Below, piece after piece: positions 26,522 to 35,413 of a stretch of DNA of 51,459 nt (position 1 is its first letter; every line of letters begins with the position of its first letter). Below the pieces are notes generated by a model, which ran no database searches, was not told the DNA's origin, and saw nothing but the letters and a program-made list of their open reading frames with translations. The position numbers and the translations under genes were made by a program. Source of the DNA: a virus (taxonomy: Duplodnaviria; Caudoviricetes); IMG/VR virus record IMGVR_UViG_3300025585_000057, positions 1-51,459 of that record; one strand, 5' to 3'.

Positions 26522-27874
26522 ATGATAATACTTGCAAGCACTTCCGATGTAATACGAGTCATAACCGGTACAACCGGATCGGCTATCGATTGCCACGCCT
26601 CGTGGGTGGACAACTCATCGAGCACGATTACGCCGGGTAGGACCAACACGGCCTCGATAACGACCAACACGACAACCACGGTATGCGGATCGCCTGGGGC
26701 GTCGGCGTATCGGGTACTGAAGAACCTCACGATCTGTAACACTCATGCCTCGGTAGCCACCTCGATTGAGGTTGAACACTTCGATGGAACAACGGCGGAG
26801 ACTCTATACAAAACAACATTGCTGCCAGGGGAGTTCGTCGTTTATGACGACGACGCTGGCTGGCAGAGGTTCAACAGCGAAGGCTCGGAAGCTGGTGTAG
26901 GTCGCGCAGGAATAAATGTGGATGTCCAGGAATTCAGCGCGAATGGAACCTGGGTAAAGCCCACGACCTTTAAACCGAAGCAGGTAATAGTCGACATGTG
27001 GGGCGGTGGCGGTGGTGGGGGTAGTGGCGGTTTTGCTGCCTCCGCCGCCACGGTGCACAAAGGCGGGGGAGGTGGAGGGGGAGGTTGCTTTCGTCGGTAC
27101 ATAATAGATCCTTCTGTACTACCCGATACCGTGGCGGTTGTGGTAGGACTCGGGGGACAAGGAGGTATTGAGACCACGACCACCGCGCCACAAGCGGGAA
27201 CCGCCGGAGCGGTTGGGGGCACTACCTCTTTCAATGGGAACTATCTAGCCTACGGCGGCGGCGGCGGCGCTGGAGGAGTAAACACCGCCGCCAACTCGGG
27301 CGGCGGCGGCGGTGCGGGGTGGAACGGCGCGGGGGGCACTGGGGGGGCCACGGGGGGCTCTGGGGGGGTTCCTGCTGTTACAACTAACGCGACAAACGGA
27401 AACGGAGTAGCGTCAAGTGTAGCTACGGTGCCAATACCGGCCTATGAAGGTGGCGCGGGCGGCGGGGGTTCCTCAAACACACCCGCGGTATTCGCCGGTG
27501 GTACGTCTATGAGAGGCGGCGGCGGCGGAGGGGCCGGGGGGTGTACCGATGCAGTACCCGCGGTTGTTGCACCATCGGCGGGCGGCGCTTCAGGAACGTA
27601 CAGTCTATCCGGGGGAGGGGGAGGAGCAGCAGGAACCAGCGGCGCTTCTCCGACAGATGGCACAGCAGGATCGGCAGGAACTTCACTACGCGGCGGCCAT
27701 GGTGGGGGAGGTGGCGGGTCTACGGTTACTGCGGCTACTAATGCGGGTAAGGGGGGCAACGGAGGTGCGCGAGGAGGCGGCGGCGGCGGCGGGGGGACGA
27801 CCACTGCAGTTACAACCGACGGCGGAGCGGGGGGTAAAGGGGGAGATGGTTATGTTATTGTTTATACATACTAA
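26522..27874 (+). CDS. Glycine-rich fibre/adhesin-like protein, paralogue 2
   Basis: Same architecture as paralogue 1. Confidence 0.75.
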   Translation: MIILASTSDVIRVITGTTGSAIDCHASWVDNSSSTITPGRTNTASITTNTTTTVCGSPGASAYRVLKNLTICNTHASVATSIEVEHFDGTTAETLYKTTLLPGEFVVYDDDAGWQRFNSEGSEAGVGRAGINVDVQEFSANGTWVKPTTFKPKQVIVDMWGGGGGGGSGGFAASAATVHKGGGGGGGGCFRRYIIDPSVLPDTVAVVVGLGGQGGIETTTTAPQAGTAGAVGGTTSFNGNYLAYGGGGGAGGVNTAANSGGGGGAGWNGAGGTGGATGGSGGVPAVTTNATNGNGVASSVATVPIPAYEGGAGGGGSSNTPAVFAGGTSMRGGGGGGAGGCTDAVPAVVAPSAGGASGTYSLSGGGGGAAGTSGASPTDGTAGSAGTSLRGGHGGGGGGSTVTAATNAGKGGNGGARGGGGGGGGTTTAVTTDGGAGGKGGDGYVIVYTY

Positions 27875-27877
27875 AAT

Positions 27878-29239
27878 ATGATAATACTTGCAAGCACATC
27901 AGACGTAATACGAGTCATAACCGGTACAACCGGATCGGCTATCGATTGTCATGCTTCGTGGATAGACAACGCCTCGGGCGTAATGACTCCCGGACGAACG
28001 AATACCGCCTCGATAACAACCAACACGACTACGACTATTGTAGCCGCGCCAGCCGCATCGACCTATAGATCGATACGGCACATAACAATATTCAACACAC
28101 ACGCATCCGTAGCAACCTCGGTGGAGGTCGAACACTACGACGGCACAACGGCGGAATCCTTATACAAAATTACGTTAGCAGCCGGGGAATCGGTGCAGTT
28201 CATCGATGACCGCGGTTGGTTCGAGTACAACGCCAGTGGAGTACAGCAGCCTATAGACGACATTACTGCGATAGGTTCTGCGGTTGATAGACAAGAATTC
28301 TCGGGTACAGGAACCTGGACCAAACCAACGCACATGAAAGCAACGATGGTGGTTGTTGAGCTATGGGGTGGAGGAGGTGGAGGCGGCGGAGGAGGAGTGA
28401 ACAACGCGGTGGCTACGAAAGGCGGCGGCGGTGGGGGAGGTGGCGCTTATATGCAGCAGATCTTCGCAGCTAGTGATCTAACAGATACAGTTACCGTGAC
28501 GATAGGCAATGGCGGAACGGCTGGCACGAGCGTAGCAGGTAGCGGGGGAGCCGCAGCCGGGGGTAATGGGGGCACGGGCGGTACGACTACTTTCGGGAGT
28601 TATCTATCAGCATTCGGCGGCGGGGGTGGAGTGGGCGGGGCTAGTTCTGGCGTGGCGAGTGGAGGAGGGGGAGGCGCGGGTCTAGGTGCCGCTGGAAGCG
28701 TTGGCACAACTGTGGGCGGCGCGGCTGGATGGCCAACAGGGGTAGGGTTATTAGGCTCAGGGGAGCCGGGGCAAGCCACGGTGGTCTCGAATACTACAGA
28801 ATTCGGGGGGTGTGGTGGCGGGGGCTCCAGTGCCATCCCTGGAACGGGGGGTGCGGGGGGTGCCTCTCGGTACGGCGGAGCTGGCGGCGGGTCGGGCGGG
28901 GCGCATACCGCTACGCCTGCCGCCGTCGCGGCAGGACCCGGCGGGGCTTCTGGTTTCAGTGCAGGTAATGCTGGGGGAACAGCGGGGTTTATAGGTGGTA
29001 AAGGCGGCGGGGCGGGCGGACCTGGGGCCAGTTTGCTCACTACCGGAGGCGGGGGGTCCGGCGGCGGCGGTGGTGGTGCTAATGCCCTGGCGGTTACAGT
29101 GGATGCAGGAGCCGGAGGTGCTGGAGGTTTAGGCGGCGGGGGAGGTGGCGGAGGTGGGGCCAGCCTAGCCACGACAGGAACCAGCAGCGGAGCGGGTGGT
29201 CTGGGTGGGGGTGGGTATGCGATAATACATACCTACTAA
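27878..29239 (+). CDS. Glycine-rich fibre/adhesin-like protein, paralogue 3
   Basis: Same architecture; first 29 aa identical to paralogue 2. Confidence 0.75.
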   Translation: MIILASTSDVIRVITGTTGSAIDCHASWIDNASGVMTPGRTNTASITTNTTTTIVAAPAASTYRSIRHITIFNTHASVATSVEVEHYDGTTAESLYKITLAAGESVQFIDDRGWFEYNASGVQQPIDDITAIGSAVDRQEFSGTGTWTKPTHMKATMVVVELWGGGGGGGGGGVNNAVATKGGGGGGGGAYMQQIFAASDLTDTVTVTIGNGGTAGTSVAGSGGAAAGGNGGTGGTTTFGSYLSAFGGGGGVGGASSGVASGGGGGAGLGAAGSVGTTVGGAAGWPTGVGLLGSGEPGQATVVSNTTEFGGCGGGGSSAIPGTGGAGGASRYGGAGGGSGGAHTATPAAVAAGPGGASGFSAGNAGGTAGFIGGKGGGAGGPGASLLTTGGGGSGGGGGGANALAVTVDAGAGGAGGLGGGGGGGGGASLATTGTSSGAGGLGGGGYAIIHTY

Positions 29240-29248
29240 GAGGCGGCT

Positions 29249-30037
29249 ATGGCTATCGTAAAAGGGCTTTGGGACAAGACAGCGGTAAATAAGGGGTGGT
29301 TCGATCCACAACTTATAACCGTTGGTTGGTTTGATAAGCGCCTCATCGATGACCTGAATCCGCCAGTAGTCAAGGATCTGACAGCGGCCACGTTCACCTT
29401 TACTTCTGCCACACTGCAGAACCGATTGACTCTGAACCCGACAACAGGCGCGCTTACTTTTAGCCCTAAAACGACGCAGAATACCCAGACAAATAGGCCG
29501 ACAGCGGCTACATTCAACTTCAGCGGGCAGGCGTATAACAGCTTCCTTGCGATGTCTACCACAGCAGCGGTATTCAGCTTTACCAGCAATGCTATAGCGA
29601 GTGCCAACTCACACGGGCTATCTACGCCATCCTTTGGGTTCGATGGCACAGACGTTAGCCTCGCGATGAACAACACGCCAACCGCAGCGACATTCAACTT
29701 TACTGCAGGTGCTTTAACACAAACCCTCGATGCTACGCTTACGACACCGACAGCGACCTTCACAGCGAATACGATACAGAATCGGAATACCGTCACACCT
29801 ACCCCTCCAGAGTTTTTATTTGTGCCGCAGGATGTCACCTATGTCGCGAATGTTGTTTTAGAACTAACCGTGGCCACGCTTGCACTAACACCGGCAACTA
29901 CCCAGAATACGAATACGATAGAACTATCAGCAGCAACATTCCTGATTCAATCAGCGGGAGACCTGGAGCTGGTTATAGGCGGGGGCGTTCTGCCAGATCC
30001 GTTGAAAATACGACCACTAATTGGAGTTGGTTTATAG
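29249..30037 (+). CDS. Thr-rich protein with ten ~20-aa repeats (fibre shaft-like)
   Basis: LTAATFTFT / PTTGALTFS / PTAATFNFS / TTAAVFSFT / PTAATFNFT etc. at 20-aa period. Confidence 0.65.
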   Translation: MAIVKGLWDKTAVNKGWFDPQLITVGWFDKRLIDDLNPPVVKDLTAATFTFTSATLQNRLTLNPTTGALTFSPKTTQNTQTNRPTAATFNFSGQAYNSFLAMSTTAAVFSFTSNAIASANSHGLSTPSFGFDGTDVSLAMNNTPTAATFNFTAGALTQTLDATLTTPTATFTANTIQNRNTVTPTPPEFLFVPQDVTYVANVVLELTVATLALTPATTQNTNTIELSAATFLIQSAGDLELVIGGGVLPDPLKIRPLIGVGL

Positions 30038-30038
30038 A

Positions 30039-33000
30039 ATGTTTAGAGCAGATGATTTACTACAGATACTGAATGAGTTGTCACCGAGCGACAGGAAGGA
30101 GGCTATCGCGCTTGCTTCAGCAGTCACGGAGCATTTGCCGTGGGTACCGAACCCGGGTCCTCAAACGGAAGCGTTCTTCAGCCAAGCGGACGAGGTATTC
30201 TATGGCGGGGCTGCAGGTGGTGGAAAGCTTCAATCAATTCAATCACTTACACTAACCCCAACTGGTTGGCGCAAGATTGGCGACCTCAAAGTTGGGGATA
30301 AATTGTGCGCGACAGATGGCACCGTACAAGAAGTTATAGGGGTATTTCCGCAGGGTACGGTAAGTATATACCGGGTGACAATGCGAGACGGAGGTGCGAC
30401 TGAGGCGGGGTTGGACCACAACTGGCTGGCCTGGAGAACGCACGCGAACACCAAGAAGGGCAATAGGGTGACTTGCGGCGCTGAGTCAGCACGTAAGTGG
30501 ACAACCCGGCAGATGATAGCCGAGATGGAAAAGGGAACCCGCGATGATGGCAGGAGGAGAGGATTCGCGATACCAGTAACGGAACCTGTCAACTTCACTG
30601 TGGCGGGGCAGTTGAAAGGCCGAGGGGTGTTCGTTGGTCGAGAGATTGACCCTTATATATTGGGTTTGCTGCTTGGGGACGGGCATATTACAGAAAAAGG
30701 CATTGGACTAACATCTATGGACGCGGAGATCGCCTCCGCTTTTATGGCCTGGGCCGGTGAGGACTGTCGGGTTAAGGTAGAGCAAAATAAGCGTTCGGAT
30801 ACCTATGCGTTACGCGGACCTATGTTGAAGAAGCTTAAGGACCAGCTATCCGACCTGGACCTCCTCGGCTGTAAATCGCACGATAAGTTTATACCGAGGC
30901 AATACCTATTCGCACCGATAGAAGAGAGATGGGCTTTATTGCAAGGGCTTATGGATACTGATGGGTGGGTGGAGCCTAGAAGGGCCTGTTATTACACAAC
31001 GGTGTCGGAGGTGTTAGCCTCTGACGTTGAGCACTTGGCCCGCTCACTTGGGGCGGTTACGACTCGAACCGAGAAGAACCCGAACTATACTTATAAAGGT
31101 GAGAAGTTAACGGGGCAGAAAGCATATTGTATTCGTATCAAGCTGCCGAACCCCGAATGCGCTTTTAGACTCCCCCGCAAGATAGCGGTAGCGGCGAGCA
31201 TAGAACATCAAAGCGAAGGAAGGGTTATCGAGAGCATAACGTATGTACGGGAAGATGAGGCGGTATGTATCGCCGTATCAAACGCCAATTCTCTGTACAT
31301 AACCGACGATTTCATCGTAACACACAACACGGACCTACTACTCGGATTAGCGCTCACAGGGCATACCAAGTCGCTCGTGTTGCGAAGAACGAATCGAGAG
31401 GTTAACGGCCTAGTGGAGAGGATGACTGAAATCCTGGGAGCAAGAGAGGGCTACAACAGCCAATCAGGAATCTGGCGGTATTCGGACAAACTAATCGAAC
31501 TCGGGGGTTGTCAGTTAGAAGAAGATAAACAAAAGTATAAGGGCAACGCGAAGGATCTGTACTGTGTCGGGCCGGATACCGAAGTGCTCATGGCAGATGG
31601 ATGTTATCGGAGAATGGTAGAGATAGTACCAGGGGATCTTGTTGCCACCTTGGAGGGACCGAAACGGGTCAACAGAGTCTACACTATACCAAACAAAGAC
31701 ACGGTAGAACTTTCGGTACAGCACCCCGATGGTAGGAATATTAGACAGCTACAGTCCTCCGCTCACTATCTCTTTACAGGAAGTGGTTGGGAGGTGCCGA
31801 CGAACACCACCGAACGACTGGCGCTACTGTCTGCCGGGACGCGCACAGGTACAGAGTACCCCCACCCGTATACGGGTGGGTTACGAAAGGTACAGACGGG
31901 CCTTATATACACTACCGCCCCGACAGTAACTCCAATCGGGGTACGAACGCTATATGACATGGAAGTGGAAGAAGTCAATCACTTCATAACAAAGGGCGGA
32001 ATAGTTAATAAGAACTGTTTTGATGAGTTGTCAGATTTCACCGAATCACAGTACGTGTTTATTACCGGGTGGAACCGATCGACGAAACCCGGGCAACGTT
32101 GCCGGATCATCGGAGCGGGGAACCCACCGACGAGGCCCGAGGGGCAATGGGTTGTGAGGCGTTGGGCTGCCTGGCTGGACCCACGGCACCCGAGGCCCGC
32201 GAAACCCGGGGAGTTGCGTTGGTACACGACGAACAATAAAGGCGAAGAGGAAGAGGTCGACGGACCAGGGCCGCATTACCTGGACGGCGATAGGCCGCTG
32301 TACGCGAGATCCAGGACGTTCATCCCGGCAGCGCTGGCAGATAATCCGGATCTGGTAGGCACCGGTTACCAAGCGAGTCTGGATTCTTTACCGGCGGAGC
32401 TTAGGGCCGCGTACCGCGACGGCAACTTTCATACCGGTATCCAGGACGACCCGTATCAACTGATCCCGTCCGCGTGGGTTATAGCAGCTCAAGAGCGGTG
32501 GAGGCCGAATCCTCCAGTAGGTATCCCGATGTGCGCAATCGGTTGTGATGTAGCGGTGGCAAAAGACAAATTCGTAATAGCTCAAAGACACGATTCCTGG
32601 TTCGCTCCTCTGATAGTGATACCGGGAAAAGAAGTCGCGGACCCGAAGCAGGCAGCGGGCCGCGTACTCGCCCTACGGAGGGATAACGCGAAGGTTATCG
32701 TCGACGTCGGCGGCGGCTGGGGGGCAGATTGCTACGGGCAGCTTACGTCGAACCAGATTGACGCGCTCGCTTACATGGGGGTGAAAGCATCTAAGCGTAA
32801 AACATTAGACGGAAAATTCGGTTTCTCGAATGTGAGAACTGAGGCGCTATGGAAATTAAGAGAGGCGCTAGACCCCTCACAACCCGGGGGTTCGACGATG
32901 CAGCTTCCTCAAAGTGTTACGCTTCGGGCGGACTTATGTGCACCTTACTATGCTGTTAAGAAACAAGGTGATACAATAATGCTAGTTGCTGAGAGTAAAG

Positions 33001-33164
33001 AGGACGTGAGGGACAAACTCGGGAGATCCCCGGACGAGGGCGACGCGGTAGTGATGGCATGGTATGATGGATTCAGACTGGCTAACGTCCAAGGCGGCTG
33101 GGAGGATAACGTTTACAATAAAACGCGAACGATATCTGTGAATCGTGGAAGGCGGTATAACTGA
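30039..33164 (+). CDS. terL: Terminase large subunit containing two inteins (about 523 aa after splicing)
   Basis: PNPGPQ, YGGAAGGGK|T Walker A, DLY|CFDE Walker B, GAGNPP, IGCDVA and RSPDEGDA nuclease motifs. Confidence 0.93.
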   Translation: MFRADDLLQILNELSPSDRKEAIALASAVTEHLPWVPNPGPQTEAFFSQADEVFYGGAAGGGKLQSIQSLTLTPTGWRKIGDLKVGDKLCATDGTVQEVIGVFPQGTVSIYRVTMRDGGATEAGLDHNWLAWRTHANTKKGNRVTCGAESARKWTTRQMIAEMEKGTRDDGRRRGFAIPVTEPVNFTVAGQLKGRGVFVGREIDPYILGLLLGDGHITEKGIGLTSMDAEIASAFMAWAGEDCRVKVEQNKRSDTYALRGPMLKKLKDQLSDLDLLGCKSHDKFIPRQYLFAPIEERWALLQGLMDTDGWVEPRRACYYTTVSEVLASDVEHLARSLGAVTTRTEKNPNYTYKGEKLTGQKAYCIRIKLPNPECAFRLPRKIAVAASIEHQSEGRVIESITYVREDEAVCIAVSNANSLYITDDFIVTHNTDLLLGLALTGHTKSLVLRRTNREVNGLVERMTEILGAREGYNSQSGIWRYSDKLIELGGCQLEEDKQKYKGNAKDLYCVGPDTEVLMADGCYRRMVEIVPGDLVATLEGPKRVNRVYTIPNKDTVELSVQHPDGRNIRQLQSSAHYLFTGSGWEVPTNTTERLALLSAGTRTGTEYPHPYTGGLRKVQTGLIYTTAPTVTPIGVRTLYDMEVEEVNHFITKGGIVNKNCFDELSDFTESQYVFITGWNRSTKPGQRCRIIGAGNPPTRPEGQWVVRRWAAWLDPRHPRPAKPGELRWYTTNNKGEEEEVDGPGPHYLDGDRPLYARSRTFIPAALADNPDLVGTGYQASLDSLPAELRAAYRDGNFHTGIQDDPYQLIPSAWVIAAQERWRPNPPVGIPMCAIGCDVAVAKDKFVIAQRHDSWFAPLIVIPGKEVADPKQAAGRVLALRRDNAKVIVDVGGGWGADCYGQLTSNQIDALAYMGVKASKRKTLDGKFGFSNVRTEALWKLREALDPSQPGGSTMQLPQSVTLRADLCAPYYAVKKQGDTIMLVAESKEDVRDKLGRSPDEGDAVVMAWYDGFRLANVQGGWEDNVYNKTRTISVNRGRRYN
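30228..31328 (+). mobile_element. Class 3-type intein with LAGLIDADG homing endonuclease (367 aa) in TerL Walker A
   Basis: Starts LQSIQSLTLTPTGW and ends FIVTHN/T; DHNW (block B Trp), AVCIAV (block F Cys), Thr in block G; LGLLLGDG and LQGLMDTDG motifs. Confidence 0.88.
31563..32015 (+). mobile_element. Mini-intein (151 aa) in TerL Walker B
   Basis: Starts CVGPDTEVLMADG, block B SSAH, block F LYDMEVEEVNHFI, ends IVNKN/C; no endonuclease. Confidence 0.88.
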
Positions 33165-33174
33165 GGGGGAATAG

Positions 33175-33291
33175 ATGGAATCCTTGAAAACGATCGCGTG
33201 TATCATGCTTACTAGCGTAGCAGTAGTGGTAGTTCTATCGCTGGCGTTCACTTTCGGATCTTTATTAACCAGTGTAATGCAAACTCTATAG
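33175..33291 (+). CDS. Small single-TM protein (38 aa, not in ORF track)
   Basis: GAGGGGG RBS; MESLKTIACIMLTSVAVVVVLSLAFTFGSLLTSVMQTL. Confidence 0.45.
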   Translation: MESLKTIACIMLTSVAVVVVLSLAFTFGSLLTSVMQTL

Positions 33292-33299
33292 AGGTGATT

Positions 33300-33464
33300 A
33301 TGGGATTGTTGAAAAAACCTAAGATGCCGCCGCCGCCGAAAGTGATACCGATGGCGGACCCTATGGCGACAGCCGCAGCAAAACGACGTTCGATGCTGAA
33401 ACAGCAAGCCGGTAAGGGGCGAACGAGTACGATACTGTCCCAGGGGGACGCACTCGGAGGCTAG
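33300..33464 (+). CDS. Small basic virion assembly protein upstream of portal (T7 gp7.3-like position; 54 aa, not in ORF track)
   Basis: GAGGTG RBS; MGLLKKPKMPPPP...GRTSTILS...LGG. Confidence 0.65.
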   Translation: MGLLKKPKMPPPPKVIPMADPMATAAAKRRSMLKQQAGKGRTSTILSQGDALGG

Positions 33465-33465
33465 T

Positions 33466-35139
33466 ATGACCCTAGAATTCATCCTACACCAAGGGCATAA
33501 GCTCTTCGAAGAGAAGCGCCCTTTGTTACGGCTTTGGCAAGAGATCGCGGAGAACTTCTACCCCGAGAGGGCAGATTTCACCACACCGATACGAATCGGG
33601 AACGATCTTACCCCAGGCATATCGGCTAGTACACCCTTGCTGGTTCGCAGAGAACTGGCAAATGCTATCAGCACTATGCTGAGGCCGACGAATAAGAGCT
33701 GGATGCATCCTAGGGTGCAAGGCTATGATAAGCTGAGTCACGAAGCAAAAGTCTGGCTAGACGAAGCGGAACGAGTGCAGCGGGTAGCGATGTACCACAA
33801 ACCTACAGGATTCAACAAAGCTACGAAGCAAGCTGATAATGACTACGTGACCTTTGGCCAAGCGGTGATGCAGATCACAGATAATCGTGAGCTCAACGGA
33901 TTGCTATTCCGGACGTGGCACCTGCGTGATTGTGTGTGGTGCGAGGATGAGGAAGGCATCATTGATACCGTCTATAGGTTGTGGGATGATGTTACTCTGG
34001 CAGCTTTGAATCGCAAGTTCCCCAAGACGATGCCGAAGGAGCTCAAAGAGAAGATGGAGAAGAACCCCTACGACAAGGCGAAAGTCTGGCACGTAGAGCT
34101 ACCCTCCCACATATACACCTCGGAAAAGAACAAAGGGAACCGGTTTCCGTATGTGTCTCTGTACATTGAACTGAGTACAAAAACCATACTGGAAGAGGTG
34201 CCGATACCTGAGTGCACGTATATAATCCCTAGATGGCACACAGTCTCAGGATCTCAGTATGCGTACTCGCCAGCGGTAGTGATAGCCACACCGGATGCGC
34301 GTACCCTGCAAGAGATGACAGTGACATTGCTTGAAGCCGGAGAGAAAGCCGTTACGCCGCCGATGTTGGGAGTACAAGGGGCACTCCGAAGCGATGTGAA
34401 CGTCATGGCCGGGGGGCTCACCTGGGTAGATCGTGAGTACGACGAGAGACTCGGTGAGGTATTGCGACCGCTTACCATAGATAAAGGTGGCATCCCGCTC
34501 GGCATGGATATGCACGACAGGATCAAGAACGATCTTTATGAGGCGTTCTTCCTGAACAAGATTCAACTACCACCACCTACACCGAATATGACCGCTTATG
34601 AGGCGGCAGAACGAGTGCAGGAGTACATACGGGGCGCATTGCCCTTATTCGAGCCAATGGAGATCGAATATAACGGGCCGCTATGTGAGAAGAGCTTCAG
34701 CAACATGCTACGCGCGGGAGTTTTCGGTGTCTATGTAGGACCGATACCAGAAGATCTGCAAGGGGCGGATATTAAGTTTGAGTTTGAATCCCCGCTACAC
34801 GACGCCATTGAGAAAGCTAAGATGCAGAAGTACCTAGAAGCCACGGCGACATTGGCGCAGGCAGCGGCAGCCGATCCTAGTGTTATAAACCTATTGAACG
34901 TACCGAAGGCTACACGTGAGGCGTTGATCGCTTCTGGTGTACCGCCTGGATGGCTGCGTTCTGAAGGCGAGGTCGATGACATGGTGCGGCAACAACAGCA
35001 ACAGCAGCAGATCGCGCAATTGTTGGAACAAATGAAAACCGGTTCGGAGATCGCTAAAAATGTAGGATCGACACCGATGCCGGCGGGGACAATGGGCGGG
35101 GCGAATGCCGCGCCTAACGTGGGAGGGGTAGCAATTTGA
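33466..35139 (+). CDS. Portal protein (T7 gp8-like head-tail connector)
   Basis: WQEIAE.FYP, FGQA, PRW...GS.Y..SP, MTA.E..ER, FESPL..A motifs; 557 aa. Confidence 0.92.
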   Translation: MTLEFILHQGHKLFEEKRPLLRLWQEIAENFYPERADFTTPIRIGNDLTPGISASTPLLVRRELANAISTMLRPTNKSWMHPRVQGYDKLSHEAKVWLDEAERVQRVAMYHKPTGFNKATKQADNDYVTFGQAVMQITDNRELNGLLFRTWHLRDCVWCEDEEGIIDTVYRLWDDVTLAALNRKFPKTMPKELKEKMEKNPYDKAKVWHVELPSHIYTSEKNKGNRFPYVSLYIELSTKTILEEVPIPECTYIIPRWHTVSGSQYAYSPAVVIATPDARTLQEMTVTLLEAGEKAVTPPMLGVQGALRSDVNVMAGGLTWVDREYDERLGEVLRPLTIDKGGIPLGMDMHDRIKNDLYEAFFLNKIQLPPPTPNMTAYEAAERVQEYIRGALPLFEPMEIEYNGPLCEKSFSNMLRAGVFGVYVGPIPEDLQGADIKFEFESPLHDAIEKAKMQKYLEATATLAQAAAADPSVINLLNVPKATREALIASGVPPGWLRSEGEVDDMVRQQQQQQQIAQLLEQMKTGSEIAKNVGSTPMPAGTMGGANAAPNVGGVAI

Positions 35140-35411
35140 AGAAGATACCAGAAGCTTTCGCGCCGCCAGTATGGGAATTGGCCGATGTGATGGCGATACA
35201 GGCGTGTGTAGCAGGAACCGCAACACCGGAGCAACAGAAGCGGGCGATCGATTGGATCGTGTACCGGGCAGCCGGTACGGATGAGGTAGATTATCGCCCC
35301 ATTGAAAGGGAGCATGTATTCGTATCAGGTAGGCGTTTCGTGGGCCTACAGGTACGCAAACTGATGGCGTTGAGGCCACAGGCTTTTTCCAAGACTAACC
35401 AGGAGGACTGA
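35136..35411 (+). CDS. Conserved small protein between portal and scaffold (Bbp19-like)
   Basis: QQKRA.DWI...F..GRRFVGLQ motif and position. Confidence 0.65.
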   Translation: MKKIPEAFAPPVWELADVMAIQACVAGTATPEQQKRAIDWIVYRAAGTDEVDYRPIEREHVFVSGRRFVGLQVRKLMALRPQAFSKTNQED

Positions 35412-35413
35412 AA

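Noticed and set aside
26804-29172. Proline-rich minus-strand ORFs
   Set aside because: They are antisense readouts of GGC/GGN glycine codons.
25177-29239. Diversity-generating retroelement TR/VR pair or mycobacterial PE-PGRS genes
   Set aside because: No reverse transcriptase, differences are not adenine-specific, there is no PE domain, and the spanins indicate a Gram-negative host.
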